64,000 bases of DNA from the NCBI GenBank assembly GCA_028716965.1, contig JAQUOV010000006.1:23282-87281 (forward strand), in the 5' to 3' direction. Position 1 is the first letter of the stretch. Each line of letters opens with the position of its first letter. The notes under the pieces were generated by a model. The model saw only the letters and a list, made by a program, of their open reading frames with translations. It did no database searches and was not told where the DNA came from. Position numbers and translations under genes: made by a program. Below, in pieces: positions 39,533 through 50,220 of this stretch. The stretch comes from Candidatus Omnitrophota bacterium. GTDB taxonomy: Bacteria; Omnitrophota; Gorgyraeia; Gygaellales; Profunditerraquicolaceae.

Positions 39533-40011
39533 ATTCTTGACTTTACAATATAACTATGCGCTATGGCCAAAGCTAAAGCGTCGGTAACATCCATATAACG
39601 CGGTAAGGTTTTTAACTTTAAAGTATCTGCTACCATCCTCTGTACCTGGCCTTTAGAAGCCAACCCCTTCCCTACGATCGCCTTCTTTATGCGGGTAGCC
39701 CCATATTCAAAAAAAGGGATCCCTTTGTTTGCCGCAGCCAGGCAAATAACGCCCCTTGCCTGCCCTAGAATATATGATGTCGTAGGATGCCGGTAATGTG
39801 AATATATCTTTTCAAGTACCAGGCAATGCGGGCGCGTATCATCAATTAATTTAATAATCCCGCGGTATATTTTACCCAGCCGCTTTGAAGTATCCTCTTT
39901 TGCACTGGTCTGGATTATCCCTGCTTCAAGCAAAGCCAGGTGTCCTGCTTTTGCCTGGATAGCGCCATAGCCGGTGATAGCTAAAGCAGGGTCTATTCCC
40001 AGAATAATCAT
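39529..40011 (-). CDS. ruvC: crossover junction endodeoxyribonuclease RuvC
   Basis: 160 aa. It starts MIILGIDPALAITGYG, with a RuvC acidic catalytic residue pattern. Confidence 0.9.
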   Translation of the reverse strand: MIILGIDPALAITGYGAIQAKAGHLALLEAGIIQTSAKEDTSKRLGKIYRGIIKLIDDTRPHCLVLEKIYSHYRHPTTSYILGQARGVICLAAANKGIPFFEYGATRIKKAIVGKGLASKGQVQRMVADTLKLKTLPRYMDVTDALALAIAHSYIVKSRI

Positions 40012-40763
40012 TATTCTGAAGCAACCTCATTCATAATCTCATCCGGAATATCAAAATTAGCATAAACCTGTTGCACATCATCATGCTCTTCCAGGGCCTC
40101 CACCAAAGCCAAAACCTGTCTTGCTTCATTGCCTGTAAGTTTTACGGTAGAAGAAGGGATCATGGTTAATTCGGCATCCTCCCATTTGATACCTTTATCT
40201 TGAAGCGCCTGTTTAACCTTTTCCAGGTCTTGAACGGAAGTATAAATTTCATACACATTATCTTCATGTTTCATATCTTCGGCTCCGGCATCTAAGACAA
40301 TATTCATAAGCTCATCTTCCTTGACTTTATCTTTAGCCACCGAAATATACCCTTTTTGGGTAAACATCCAGCTGACTGAACCTGCGCCAGCCATATTCCC
40401 GCCCCTTTTTGATACGATATTGCGCAATTCTGCAGTTGAACGGTTTTTATTATCGGTAAGAGAATCAATTAAAATCGCTACTCCTCCGGGGCCATAGGCC
40501 TCATACATCACCGACTCATAGACTACCCCGGGTAGTTCTCCCGTACCCCGCTTGATCGCCATCTTCACGTTATCTGACGGCATATTAGCTTCTTTAGCTT
40601 TCTGCATTATTGCGCGCAGGCGCGGGTTAGTATCGGGATTGCCTCCGCCGTCTCTGGCTACTACAACAAGCTCTTTAATAATCTTAGTAAAAATAGCCCC
40701 TCTCTTGGCATCTGCTATGCCTTTTTTGCCTTTGTTCGTCTTCCATTTAGAATGACCTGACAT
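40011..40763 (-). CDS. yebC: YebC/PmpR family DNA-binding transcriptional regulator
   Basis: 250 aa. It starts MSGHSKWKTNKGKKGIADAKRGAIFTK, the YebC family hallmark. Confidence 0.9.
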   Translation of the reverse strand: MSGHSKWKTNKGKKGIADAKRGAIFTKIIKELVVVARDGGGNPDTNPRLRAIMQKAKEANMPSDNVKMAIKRGTGELPGVVYESVMYEAYGPGGVAILIDSLTDNKNRSTAELRNIVSKRGGNMAGAGSVSWMFTQKGYISVAKDKVKEDELMNIVLDAGAEDMKHEDNVYEIYTSVQDLEKVKQALQDKGIKWEDAELTMIPSSTVKLTGNEARQVLALVEALEEHDDVQQVYANFDIPDEIMNEVASE

Positions 40764-40884
40764 GATTTCCTCCTTAAGTTTTAACCAGGTTCAAAACTTC
40801 GCGTAAGACACAAAGCTTTGAACTTCTTCTTTAAACTTTCTTAATAATTTCATTTAATAATAGCTGAATCGTAATTTAAGCGCA

Positions 40885-41291
40885 GGCAGAATAAGCCGGG
40901 TTCTGTCTTGATGCGAATTTGCGCATCGGTTAGTGGCTATTCCTCTCAATCGGCGCGTTGCCGCGCTGACTTTAGCAGTTTACCCGAGATTATCTCCCGC
41001 CAAAGCGGGAAGCGCGCCGGATGAACGCTCATCTCCTATTCTACATTGCTCCACGCAGAGATTGCCGCGTTTCACATTACCCCGCGCCTTTTATTCATTC
41101 TTTTTTGAATAACTAAAAGGTGCGGGGCTACTCGTCTCTGTGGCTCTCCCGTCAAAAAATGACGGGCCCGCCGCAATTTCTTGGCGGGGATCCTCCGTAT
41201 ATTCACATATACGGGACGGGGATTACCCGTTGCGTTATCCTCCGGAGCCCGGACTTTCCTCCCTACTCACATAGGGCAGCCACATTCTGCC
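40885..41291 (-). ncRNA. rnpB: RNase P RNA (bacterial type A), about 407 nt
   Basis: The minus strand reads GGCAGAAU..GGGAGGAAAGUCCGGGCUCC near the 5' end (the universal P4 strand). It ends with a P18-like hairpin followed by ACAGAACCCGGCUUAUUCUGCC. The P1 (GGCAGAAU/AUUCUGCC) and P2 (GUGGCU/AGCCAC) pairings are present. Confidence 0.8.
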
Positions 41292-41307
41292 TGCTCATTA
41301 TCAAAGA

Positions 41308-41733
41308 CTATCTGAAACCTGAGGGGCTATTCTTTATAATCGCCTTCACTGCCCCTGTCGCCAATCTATCAGCAAAACTGTTTTTCTCCCTGGGGATATG
41401 ATTAACCAGGGCTTTTTCAAACCCGCTTAAAAGACGCACTGCCCGTTCATGCAGGCATTTTAACCCTTCGTTCCTGACTTTATAAACCCCGCTTATTTGC
41501 CTGGCCAAAAGCTGGCTGTCAGTATTAATCTCCAGGTTTTTGGCTTTCAACAGGAGCGCTTCTTCAAGCGCGCATATGAGAGCGGTATATTCGGCTATAT
41601 TATTCGTGGCTTTACCAATGTAACTTGAAATGCGCTTAAGTATCTGTCCGTTACGGTAAATTACGATGCCAATTCCGCTGTGTCCGGGGTTACCCTTTGA
41701 AGCACCGTCAATATAAATCTCCAGATAACTCAT
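41308..41733 (-). CDS. rnhA: ribonuclease HI
   Basis: LEIYIDGASKGNPGHSGIGIVI...EYTALICALE...D matches the RNase H fold DEDD motifs. The start is placed at the internal Met (MSYLEIY), overlapping the upstream gene stop by 4 nt. Confidence 0.8.
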   Translation of the reverse strand: MSYLEIYIDGASKGNPGHSGIGIVIYRNGQILKRISSYIGKATNNIAEYTALICALEEALLLKAKNLEINTDSQLLARQISGVYKVRNEGLKCLHERAVRLLSGFEKALVNHIPREKNSFADRLATGAVKAIIKNSPSGFR

Positions 41734-42449
41734 TCCGCAATGTAAAAAATACGGTTGCACACTTCACAGGTAACAACATGTTCATACATCTTAATTAAAT
41801 TTATTACCTGTGCTGGCACTGACATATGGCACCCTCCGCAGGAGTTATCTACAACCGTAACTATCGCCAGGCCGTCCCGGCTGGCAAGTATTCTTTCATA
41901 CTCGGCCAGCATCTTGGGATCTACTTCCGGGGTGACTTGCTTCCTTTGCGCCTGCAGTTGGCTCAAGCGGTCATCAATCACTTTTACGCGTAAATCAATA
42001 TTCTTCTTCTGCTCCAGGAATATTTTTTCCTCTTCTTTCAGTTTAACATTCTCCTGGTCAATCTGCGCCTTTATCTTATCCGAATCCTCAAACGACATAA
42101 GGATCTTTTCTTCAATCAGCGAGCCGTCGGCTTTGGCATCGGCGATCTGCTGCAACATAGCTTGAAACTCCTTGTTCGTCTTCAAGGAATACAGCTGTCC
42201 TTGCAGCTTCTTTACGGCTTCAACATTAGTAGCAAGCTCCAACTCCTTCTCCTTGCGCTGTTTTTGTAATTCCAGGGAGTTTTTTTCAAGTAAGGACAAA
42301 CTTTGCTTCTTCGCCTCAAAAGCATCCTCTATAGCTTTAAGCTCCAAGGGCTTGGCCTCTTTCTCATTTTTTAAAGCGTAAATCTCGCTATCTAATCCCT
42401 GCAGCTTTACTAAGCCGATAATCTGCGTTTTTAGATCAATCGTAGCCAA
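41730..42449 (-). CDS. C4-type zinc-ribbon domain protein (COG1579/DUF164 family) with a long coiled-coil
   Basis: 239 aa. An extended coiled-coil is followed by a C-terminal CGGCHM...CEVCNRI zinc ribbon. Conserved linkage with rnhA (and Nif3) is known for this family. Confidence 0.7.
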   Translation of the reverse strand: MATIDLKTQIIGLVKLQGLDSEIYALKNEKEAKPLELKAIEDAFEAKKQSLSLLEKNSLELQKQRKEKELELATNVEAVKKLQGQLYSLKTNKEFQAMLQQIADAKADGSLIEEKILMSFEDSDKIKAQIDQENVKLKEEEKIFLEQKKNIDLRVKVIDDRLSQLQAQRKQVTPEVDPKMLAEYERILASRDGLAIVTVVDNSCGGCHMSVPAQVINLIKMYEHVVTCEVCNRIFYIAE

Positions 42450-42483
42450 CTCGTCTCCTCGTTAAGGCTGTCCTGGTTAAATT

Positions 42484-42557
42484 TGGGCGATAGAGGACTC
42501 GAACCTCTGACATCTACAATGTGAATGTAGCGCTCTAACCAACTGAGCCAATCGCCC
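42484..42557 (-). tRNA. tRNA-Val (anticodon CAC)
   Basis: The reverse complement is GGGCGAT TG GCTC AGTTGGTTA GAGC G CTACA TTCACAT TGTAG ATGTC AGAGG TTCGAGT CCTCT ATCGCCC A. It has a canonical cloverleaf, GG in the D-loop and a TTCGAGT T-loop. CCA is not encoded. Confidence 0.85.
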
Positions 42558-42560
42558 TTA

Positions 42561-42608
42561 AAAAATATACCAACTGACCCCACAGGTACTCCAACCCCGG
42601 ACCAGTCG
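42561..42608 (-). pseudogene. degenerate partial duplicate of the 3' half plus 3' trailer of the tRNA at 42675-42748
   Basis: About 85 percent identity between 42571-42608 and 42671-42708, with the similar aaatata-caac trailer also copied. It lacks any 5' half, D-arm or anticodon arm. Confidence 0.6.
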
Positions 42609-42674
42609 CTCCTTTATAAACTCGTCGCTTTCCATTGGTCCAGAGTCAAAAATGTGGGCCCCAAATATATCAAC

Positions 42675-42748
42675 TGGGCCCACAGGGACTCGAACCCCGG
42701 ACCAATTGATTATGAGTCAACTGCTCTAACCGACTGAGCTATGGGCCC
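42675..42748 (-). tRNA. tRNA with CAT anticodon (elongator Met or Ile2/lysidine), canonical structure
   Basis: The reverse complement is GGGCCCA TA GCTC AGTCGGTTA GAGC A GTTGA CTCATAA TCAAT TGGTC CGGGG TTCGAGT CCCTG TGGGCCC A. It has a G1:C72 pair, so it is not initiator-like. CCA is not encoded. Confidence 0.85.
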
Positions 42749-42803
42749 TAAATAATACTATATATTACTATTTTTAACGCTTTTTAGCAAGCTAAAAAAG
42801 GGA

Positions 42804-45800
42804 TTATTTTTCTTTCTTGATAACAGCAAGGAAGTTGTTTACGATTCGGGGGTCAAACTGGGTCCCGGAAGCTCTTTTGATCATATCAATGGCCTTGGCC
42901 TTGGCAAAAGCCTTATGATACGGCCGGTCGCTGATTAAGGCCTGATAAACATCGGCAATAGCGATAATCCGGGCTCCGATAGGTATCTCTTCGCCTTTTA
43001 TGCCGAGGGGGTAGCCTTTACCGTCCCATCTCTCGTGATGATAGAAAATAAACGGGATTAAGGCATGCAGGAATTGGATGGGGCGGATAATATCTGCTCC
43101 GATCTGCGGATGCTTCTTGATCTCCTCAAATTCTTTCTTGTTCAGCTTACCTTTTTTAAGCAGTATGTTTTCGCTGATGCCGATCTTGCCTAAGTCATGC
43201 AGCATCGCCGCCTGCCTAAGCAGCTCCACGTCGTCACCGGGCAGTTTAAGCTGTTTGGCAATTTCCGTCGCGTAATGTACGGTGTTTTCAACATGCTCAC
43301 CGGTATAATGATCCTTTAATTCAATGGTTTTAGCAAAAGCAAAGATTGACTCTGCCAGCCCCTGTTTTGATTTTATAGTAAGCTTATCAATTGTCTTCTT
43401 TAAACTCCTTACTCCGGCGGCCCTTAATATCTTGTCTTTTTTAGGCAGATTGTTCATCTCTAAAGTAGAATAAACGCAATTACCGCCCTGCTCTTTAGCT
43501 TTACTTAATGCCATATTGGCTAAATTAACTAAATCCGTGCCGCTTCTTACTCTATCGTCCGGGAAGGAAACCGAAACCAGGCTTAATTTCAAGCGTACGC
43601 TGTGTTTTTTATTCCCGAATTTAATAAAATTCAGTGATTCAAGCAGTTTCTGCGCCATATTGAAAGCCGACTCCCTGTTCAGCCTTGGCGAAATAATCAA
43701 AAACTCCTCTCCGGCATAACGGATTAATGTATCATAACGCTTAACCATGCGTTTAAGCTGTCTGGCCAGTTGTTTCAAAACCAAATCTCCAAAAGTAAAA
43801 CCATAAACTTCATTTATGGATTTAAAATAATCTACGTCAAGCATAATAATCGCCAGGTTGTGGGCATACCTGCGGGCGCGGTCAAACTCCCCTTCGATAG
43901 CATCCTGCAGGTAACGACGGTTATAGAGCCCGGTTTGCGAATCAACAAGCGAAATACTCTTTAGTTTCTCATAAGACTTAAGCAGCTCCTGATGAAGTTT
44001 GCTCTTTTCCAGCTCCGCTTTCTTGTGCAGTGATACCTCCCTTAAAAGGTCTGCTGTCCGTTCTTCCACGATCTCTTCGAGATGTTCACGGTAACGCCGT
44101 AGTCCTTCCTCAATCTTTACTCTTTCGCTTATATCAATATTTACCTCGGCAACCAGCCATTCCCCATTTTCATCCTGAAAAGGTATGGAGGTTACTGAAA
44201 TCGGCCGATTACCCTCTTTAGCTAATAGCTCATGGCTGACTACGGTCTTCTTTGTTCTAAAAGCCTTTTCCAAAGCACAACCTGGACAGGGGCTCTTACG
44301 CTCCATGAAATAATCAAAGCATTGCTTCCCCTTCCAGGGACCGTAAATTTTAGCCCACTCCGGGTCAATATAACGGATATAATACTGCCTATCAATAATA
44401 TCAAGACCGGTTTTAGTCGCCCCTAATATAAACTCGATCTGTTGGCGCAATTTCTTCGCCAACAGTTCCGCCTCTTCTTTTGACTTGACCTCCGCTTCCA
44501 GTTCTTTTGTGCGGTACTCTACCAAAAGCTCCAGTTTCTCACGGTATACCTGAAGCTCAAACTCATATTCCTTGTCTTTGGTAATATCCCGGTTGCTGGC
44601 TCTACGCCCAAGCAGCCTGAGCTCTTTATCGCGTATAGGCACACTCACGTGGCTGACCCATCTAACCTGACCATTGCGATTAATTATGCGAAAATCGGTT
44701 TCTAGTTTGCAGCAATTATTTACTGCCTCGCTTACCTTTTTACGCAAGTCTTCAATATCATCCTTATGCACGATCTTTTCAATTAAACCGGAGTCATTCA
44801 TAAAATCGCCCTGCGCATACCCCGTAATGCGCTGGCAAGAAGGAGAGACATAGATCATCTTATTGTCCGTACCCTGCCAATACTCCCAGTCATATGTAAA
44901 ATCGGCTATGGTGCGGAACCTTTCTTCGCTTATGCGCAGGGCCTCTTCGGTATTTTTACGGTCTGTTATATCACGCGCATACTCTATTGCACCGATAAGC
45001 TTTTTTGTTTTTTCATCAAACATCGGAAAACTATAAATATCAAAATACCCCGAAATATCCCCATCTTTATCATACATGGGTATAACGGCGTAGGCCGGCT
45101 TTAAGGTTTGCAGGGTCTCTTTCACCGGGCAATTCTGACAAGGCTCATGCCGGTCATAAAAAGCCGCGTAACATTTCTTTCCTACAACAGGCATATTATG
45201 CGCATGCCATTTTTCATTGGTCGGGTTAACGCGTAAGATATTCATTCCGGTATCCAATACGCTTAGGCTGTCCTGGATGCTGTAAAATACGCTATTTAAG
45301 AATCCTCCCGCTTTAAGCAACTCCTCTTCTGCCCTTGCCCTTTCCTTTATCTCTTTGCGTAAATTTTCATTCAGGCTGGTCAGCTCTGCGGTCCTTACCT
45401 TAACCCTTATTTCAAGCTCAGAACGGATATCCTTTTGCCTCTCTTCTTCTTTTTTACGCTGAGAGATATCCCTGGCTATACCTGTAGTGCCGATCACATT
45501 TCCGTGATCGTCAAAAATCGGAGTTTTGACTGTTTCTATCCAGGCTTCTCCGCCCTGCTTATTAACAAGCCTTTCTTCAATACATTTACGCTTCTTGCTG
45601 TTCATTACCTCACGGTCATCAGCGCGGTAGCTCTCTGCCAAATCCCTGGGCCAGAGGTCAAAATCGGTCTTGCCTACAATCTCATCGGCCCTAAAACCGC
45701 AAGCCTTGGCAAAGGCGTCATTGACCACGATAAATCTGCTATCGGTATCCTTAAGCCAGGCGATATCCGGGATATTATTCAAAATAGCTTTTTGCTGAAG

Positions 45801-45914
45801 CTCCGTGTTACGCAGCTTCATAACCGCCAACTCCGGATTATCCCTGAAATCTTTGAGTTTATTCAACTCATTCCAGGTTAATTTTACTTTATCCTTCTGC
45901 TGTTCATTTCCCAT
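42804..45914 (-). CDS. multi-PAS sensor protein with GGDEF diguanylate cyclase and HD-GYP phosphodiesterase domains
   Basis: 1036 aa with at least three PAS/PAC-like repeats. The GGDEF region contains RYAGEEFLII. The C-terminal HD-GYP has HHERWDGKGYP and HDLGKIGI motifs. Confidence 0.85.
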   Translation of the reverse strand: MGNEQQKDKVKLTWNELNKLKDFRDNPELAVMKLRNTELQQKAILNNIPDIAWLKDTDSRFIVVNDAFAKACGFRADEIVGKTDFDLWPRDLAESYRADDREVMNSKKRKCIEERLVNKQGGEAWIETVKTPIFDDHGNVIGTTGIARDISQRKKEEERQKDIRSELEIRVKVRTAELTSLNENLRKEIKERARAEEELLKAGGFLNSVFYSIQDSLSVLDTGMNILRVNPTNEKWHAHNMPVVGKKCYAAFYDRHEPCQNCPVKETLQTLKPAYAVIPMYDKDGDISGYFDIYSFPMFDEKTKKLIGAIEYARDITDRKNTEEALRISEERFRTIADFTYDWEYWQGTDNKMIYVSPSCQRITGYAQGDFMNDSGLIEKIVHKDDIEDLRKKVSEAVNNCCKLETDFRIINRNGQVRWVSHVSVPIRDKELRLLGRRASNRDITKDKEYEFELQVYREKLELLVEYRTKELEAEVKSKEEAELLAKKLRQQIEFILGATKTGLDIIDRQYYIRYIDPEWAKIYGPWKGKQCFDYFMERKSPCPGCALEKAFRTKKTVVSHELLAKEGNRPISVTSIPFQDENGEWLVAEVNIDISERVKIEEGLRRYREHLEEIVEERTADLLREVSLHKKAELEKSKLHQELLKSYEKLKSISLVDSQTGLYNRRYLQDAIEGEFDRARRYAHNLAIIMLDVDYFKSINEVYGFTFGDLVLKQLARQLKRMVKRYDTLIRYAGEEFLIISPRLNRESAFNMAQKLLESLNFIKFGNKKHSVRLKLSLVSVSFPDDRVRSGTDLVNLANMALSKAKEQGGNCVYSTLEMNNLPKKDKILRAAGVRSLKKTIDKLTIKSKQGLAESIFAFAKTIELKDHYTGEHVENTVHYATEIAKQLKLPGDDVELLRQAAMLHDLGKIGISENILLKKGKLNKKEFEEIKKHPQIGADIIRPIQFLHALIPFIFYHHERWDGKGYPLGIKGEEIPIGARIIAIADVYQALISDRPYHKAFAKAKAIDMIKRASGTQFDPRIVNNFLAVIKKEK

Positions 45915-46008
45915 ATATTAACAGGTTAAAAAACAGCAGCCATCCGAAAGGATAGGCTGCTTCAAGATTTAAATCAATATGCATGCTGTGACCCGTAATT
46001 TTATAAGG

Positions 46009-47565
46009 TTAATACTCCCTCTGATGCGCTAAAGTCATGTCCATAAAAGTACGCAACCTGCGCGAACGCGAAGGATGACGAAGTTTTTTTAATGCCTTGG
46101 CTTCAATTTGCCTGACCCTTTCGCGGGTGACCCTGAAAACATTGCCTACCTCCTCCAGGGTGCGCGAAGAACCATCATGTATCCCGAAACGCAAGATCAA
46201 TATCTTTTTTTCCCTTTCCGTTAACGTACCCAAAGCAGAGTTCATCTCATCCTTGAGCATCGAACGCACAGTTTCATTCGCCGGAGAGACAGCTTTCTTA
46301 TCCTGGATAAAATCGCCGAAATGCGTATCCCCCTCATCCCCTATAGGCATCTGCAGGGAGATAGGTTCCTGGGCAATCTTTAATATGGACTTTATTTTAC
46401 CCTGCGGAAAACGCATTTTATGCGCGATCTCTTCAGGGGTAGGCTCACGGCCGTTTTTCTGCACAAAGACCCTTGAAAAACGTATTATTTTGTTTATCGT
46501 TTCTGTCATATGCACTGGTATTCTGATGGTCCGCGCCTGGTCGGCAATCGAACGGGTAATCGCCTGGCGTATCCACCAGGTGGCGTATGTAGAGAATTTA
46601 TATCCACGCTTATATTCAAATTTCTCCACGGCCCGCATAAGGCCGATATTGCCTTCCTGGATCAAATCAAGGAATGAAAGCCCGCGGTTGGTGTATTTCT
46701 TGGCAATACTTACAACCAGGCGCAGGTTTGCCTCCACCAGTTTTTTCTTTGTGCGGCTGAATTTAAGATGGGCAGACTTGATCAGCTTAATCTGCTCCTT
46801 GATCTTAGCGTAAGGTTCCGCTATCTCTTTAACTATCTGCGACTTGCGCTCCTTATTACTCTTAGCTGAGCGTTTTATATGCTCCAGTTCCCGGACCAGT
46901 ACAGTTAACTTGCGTACCGCCGCTTCAATTACAGAAGTGGTAAAATTAAGCTGCAAAATAAAATCAATGATTTTGTTTTCGCTGCGTGAATGCTTGGCCT
47001 TTGCCAAAAAACGCTTGAATCTGCCGATCACGTTATTTTTCTTTATTTTAATATCTTCTTTGACTACCTCCTCCATGTTGATTTTGTCTTCGAGGATATC
47101 GTTGGCGACAGCCAAGACTTCATTTCTGGCAAATTTAGTGGCCAGGACCACCCGCTTAAATTTATCTTCAGCCTCTTCAATCTTCTTAGCCAATTCAATC
47201 TCATTTTCACGGCTCAAAAGCGAAATAGACCCCATCTGTTTTAAATACATTTTTACCGGGTCATCCAAAGGCATAAAGCGTTCTTCGCTTTTGTTGTTCT
47301 GCTCGCTGAGTAATTCATCCCTTGCCGATGACAAAGCCTGCTTGTCCTGTTGGGTTCTTCCGGCTGGCAAGCCCGCCTCGGTCTCTCCCTCAACCACCTG
47401 GATATCTTCATTGCCCAGCAATTCAAAAAGATGGTCGATCGCTACTGTGCTTGAGAGGTCCTCGGGCAAAAGGTCATTTACTTCATCATAGGTAAGAAAC
47501 CCCTTGCGCTTACCCAGGGCGATCAACTTCTCCATATCTTTAGTAGGTCGCTGGTTCTTCTTCAT
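46009..47565 (-). CDS. rpoD: RNA polymerase sigma factor RpoD (sigma-70)
   Basis: 518 aa. It has the region 2 motif ([37 protein letters not shown]) and the region 4 HTH motif ([20 protein letters not shown]). Confidence 0.95.
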   Translation of the reverse strand: MKKNQRPTKDMEKLIALGKRKGFLTYDEVNDLLPEDLSSTVAIDHLFELLGNEDIQVVEGETEAGLPAGRTQQDKQALSSARDELLSEQNNKSEERFMPLDDPVKMYLKQMGSISLLSRENEIELAKKIEEAEDKFKRVVLATKFARNEVLAVANDILEDKINMEEVVKEDIKIKKNNVIGRFKRFLAKAKHSRSENKIIDFILQLNFTTSVIEAAVRKLTVLVRELEHIKRSAKSNKERKSQIVKEIAEPYAKIKEQIKLIKSAHLKFSRTKKKLVEANLRLVVSIAKKYTNRGLSFLDLIQEGNIGLMRAVEKFEYKRGYKFSTYATWWIRQAITRSIADQARTIRIPVHMTETINKIIRFSRVFVQKNGREPTPEEIAHKMRFPQGKIKSILKIAQEPISLQMPIGDEGDTHFGDFIQDKKAVSPANETVRSMLKDEMNSALGTLTEREKKILILRFGIHDGSSRTLEEVGNVFRVTRERVRQIEAKALKKLRHPSRSRRLRTFMDMTLAHQREY

Positions 47566-47567
47566 CC

Positions 47568-49334
47568 TTATTCGCCTTTCTTTATCAGGTTATGGAATTC
47601 TTTAATAAGACTGTCCAATTTTTGTTCATCACCCAAAGACTGCGCGCTTTTTATCTGTATGTGCAGGCGCTCTCTTTGAGACCTCAATCTTTGCACTTTA
47701 ATGCGCGAGATACAGTCATTTACCGCTTTTTCTCTTTCCTGCCCCATAAGCTCCGGCATAAACATAGACTCACAAACCAGCTGGCTGGCATCATCTTCGT
47801 TGAAATAATTCATCAAAATGCTGGGTTCTATGTTCTTGCCCTGGGTAAATAAATCATGCATTACTGAGACGATCTTAGCGGTGCGCAAATCGGCAAAGTC
47901 AGCGGGTGAAAGTTCCTGCATAATCTTTTCAATCAGCTCTTTTTCTTCAAGCATAAATTTAATCAACAGCTTCTCTGCCGGATTAATCCACGAAACTGAT
48001 TTTTTAACGCATGAACTTTCGTCTGAACGTACGGCCGGGCCCGGCTTGATTTTATTCAACTCTTCAAGTATGTAATGCTCCGCGATCTTAATCTCCTCTG
48101 AAAGCCGCTTTATATACTCGCTTCTGAGAATAGCATTATCAAATTTATTAATAGTAGAAAGCATCTCGGAGGCTATCCTGCTTTTACCATGCGCATCCTT
48201 TATATTATGACGGCATTTTAAAACCTCAAGCTTATAGTCAAAAAGGCTTTTGGCGTCCTGGAGCCTATCTTTTAGGCTGTTAACTCCCTGCCGGCGGACC
48301 AAGGTATCCGGATCCATGCCTTTAGGCAGAGGAACGACCTTCACATTCATGCCTTCTTCAATAAGTATATCCAGGCTTCTTAAGGTAGCTATCTCGCCGG
48401 CAGTATCGCCGTCATAAATCATTACTACATTGTGGGTATAACGCTTAAGCAGCCTGATCTGCTCTAAAGTAAGCGCGGTCCCCTGTGAAGCTACAATATT
48501 ACTCAACCCCTCCTGATATGGAATCATAAAATCCAGATAGCCTTCTACGATTATTGCAAAATCATTTTCTCTTATATGCTCCTTGGATAAATTCAGCCCG
48601 AAAAGATTCCTGCCTTTGATATAAACCGGGGTCTCCGGAGAATTAACATACTTGGGCAAGGTTTTATCCATTACCCTGGCGCCAAAACCGACTACGCGGC
48701 TGCGGATATCAAAAATCGGGAAAATAATACGGTTGCGAAAACGGTCATAATACCCTCCCCCATCTTTAGGCAGGATAAGACCCGCCTTTTCCATCAGGGA
48801 AAGACCGATGAGCTTTGATCTTAAGAAATTAACCATGTTATCCCAGCCCGCAGGCGCCAGCCCCAGATGAAAATCTTTAATTGTTTGGGCCTTGATCCCC
48901 CTATTCAAAAGATAATCGCGGCAGCTTGATCCCCCCGGAGTACAAAGGTTATTTTCATAAAAGTTTAAAGCCAGCTCATTAATCTTGTAAAGCTGGCTTG
49001 TTAAGCTTGCATGTCTGGCTATCTCCGGTTTATCTTGTTCAGGTAAGCTAATCCCGGCTTTCTTTGCCAGCATTTCTACAGCTTCCGGGAATTCCATTCT
49101 CTCATGGCGCATCAGGAATTTAAAAGCATTGCCTGATTCCCCGCAGCCGAAACAATGGTAAATCTGGCGGTCCGGAGAGACCACAAAAGAAGGGGTCTTT
49201 TCGTGATGAAACGGGCAGTTAGCCTTGAAATTACGACCGGCTTTTTTAAGCGGGATATATCCGGAGATAAGTTCAACTATGTCCACCCTGCCGAGTATAT
49301 CTTCCAGCAAATTTTCGGGTATACGCGCAGACAT
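47568..49334 (-). CDS. dnaG: DNA primase
   Basis: 588 aa. CHC2 zinc finger ([30 protein letters not shown]) and a TOPRIM domain ([13 protein letters not shown]). It lies immediately upstream of rpoD. Confidence 0.95.
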   Translation of the reverse strand: MSARIPENLLEDILGRVDIVELISGYIPLKKAGRNFKANCPFHHEKTPSFVVSPDRQIYHCFGCGESGNAFKFLMRHERMEFPEAVEMLAKKAGISLPEQDKPEIARHASLTSQLYKINELALNFYENNLCTPGGSSCRDYLLNRGIKAQTIKDFHLGLAPAGWDNMVNFLRSKLIGLSLMEKAGLILPKDGGGYYDRFRNRIIFPIFDIRSRVVGFGARVMDKTLPKYVNSPETPVYIKGRNLFGLNLSKEHIRENDFAIIVEGYLDFMIPYQEGLSNIVASQGTALTLEQIRLLKRYTHNVVMIYDGDTAGEIATLRSLDILIEEGMNVKVVPLPKGMDPDTLVRRQGVNSLKDRLQDAKSLFDYKLEVLKCRHNIKDAHGKSRIASEMLSTINKFDNAILRSEYIKRLSEEIKIAEHYILEELNKIKPGPAVRSDESSCVKKSVSWINPAEKLLIKFMLEEKELIEKIMQELSPADFADLRTAKIVSVMHDLFTQGKNIEPSILMNYFNEDDASQLVCESMFMPELMGQEREKAVNDCISRIKVQRLRSQRERLHIQIKSAQSLGDEQKLDSLIKEFHNLIKKGE

Positions 49335-49335
49335 C

Positions 49336-50220
49336 TTACCCTCTCCTAATCCTGGTAAAACCGGAACAGGCGATTACCTGGAATTGCTGTTTTGCGGCTT
49401 TCTCTATCCTGTCCAATAGCAGATTTAATCCCAATGTATCACTGGATATATGCCCGGCGATAACCACATTCAGGTTTGCCTCTTTGGCTTTTTTGAGATG
49501 CTCTTCGCTTAAATGCATGGAAACCAATGTCCTTACTCCGGCCTTATAAAGCTTGGCAAAAGCTTCTTTTGGCCCTTCCGTTCCTCCCGTCATTTCAAGC
49601 ATTATTTTGCCTACAGGCCTTTTTTGATTACCCAGGATTAAACGCGGACCGGTATTGAATCTTCCGGCGATCTGATACTCGGTGATAGAGCTTAATATTT
49701 CAACCACATCCCCGACCAGGCGGGGAGTAGTGCCTTTTTGTTTAAAAATACCGCTTAAAAACCTGTGTACATGATTATCGGCGGGAGTATGCATGTTCAT
49801 AAAAGGCAAATTGAGAAGCCTTGCGGCATCCACAGGGCGGGTATGGTTCTGCGGTAAGACCCTGCGTTCTACCTCCCGCATTCTTTCTTCAAGCAGCCTG
49901 GCGGCTGCTTTATTGGCGACTCCTGCCTGCCTTAATAAATCCACCTGCAGCCTCATAACCTCATGCAATCCCGTATAAGCCTTACCTTCAGGATGATGGC
50001 CAATTACCAGGTCCAAGCCTTCTTTTTCACGGATACGGTCGGCAAGCATAAGTTCGCCCACCTCAATATCAATGCCCACCATGATCTTATTTACTTGCGT
50101 ATTAAAATCCCCGAAAAGGATTGCCGAATCCGGGAAAGAAACGATACTGCGTTTATTCTTACGCGGGTCAGCGTCACGGCCGAAGGCTACCGCCTGGTTG
50201 TAAAAATCAATCAATTTCAT
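49336..50220 (-). CDS. Nif3-like dinuclear metal center protein (GTP cyclohydrolase 1 type 2 homolog family)
   Basis: 294 aa. DLVIGHHPEG and the C-terminal VVIAGHISSD match the two His-rich Nif3 metal-binding motifs. Its position beside dnaG/rpoD and near COG1579/rnhA matches known Nif3 contexts. Confidence 0.6.
   Translation of the reverse strand: MKLIDFYNQAVAFGRDADPRKNKRSIVSFPDSAILFGDFNTQVNKIMVGIDIEVGELMLADRIREKEGLDLVIGHHPEGKAYTGLHEVMRLQVDLLRQAGVANKAAARLLEERMREVERRVLPQNHTRPVDAARLLNLPFMNMHTPADNHVHRFLSGIFKQKGTTPRLVGDVVEILSSITEYQIAGRFNTGPRLILGNQKRPVGKIMLEMTGGTEGPKEAFAKLYKAGVRTLVSMHLSEEHLKKAKEANLNVVIAGHISSDTLGLNLLLDRIEKAAKQQFQVIACSGFTRIRRG

Noticed and set aside
41120-41401. 93-aa plus-strand ORF
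   Set aside because: It lies over the RNase P RNA gene, and the RNA conservation explains the sequence.
46097-47491. Long plus-strand ORFs (238 aa and 215 aa) antisense to rpoD
   Set aside because: They fully overlap a highly conserved sigma-70 gene on the opposite strand. They have low-complexity Ser/Leu-rich translations typical of antisense frames of AT-rich genes. They are spurious.
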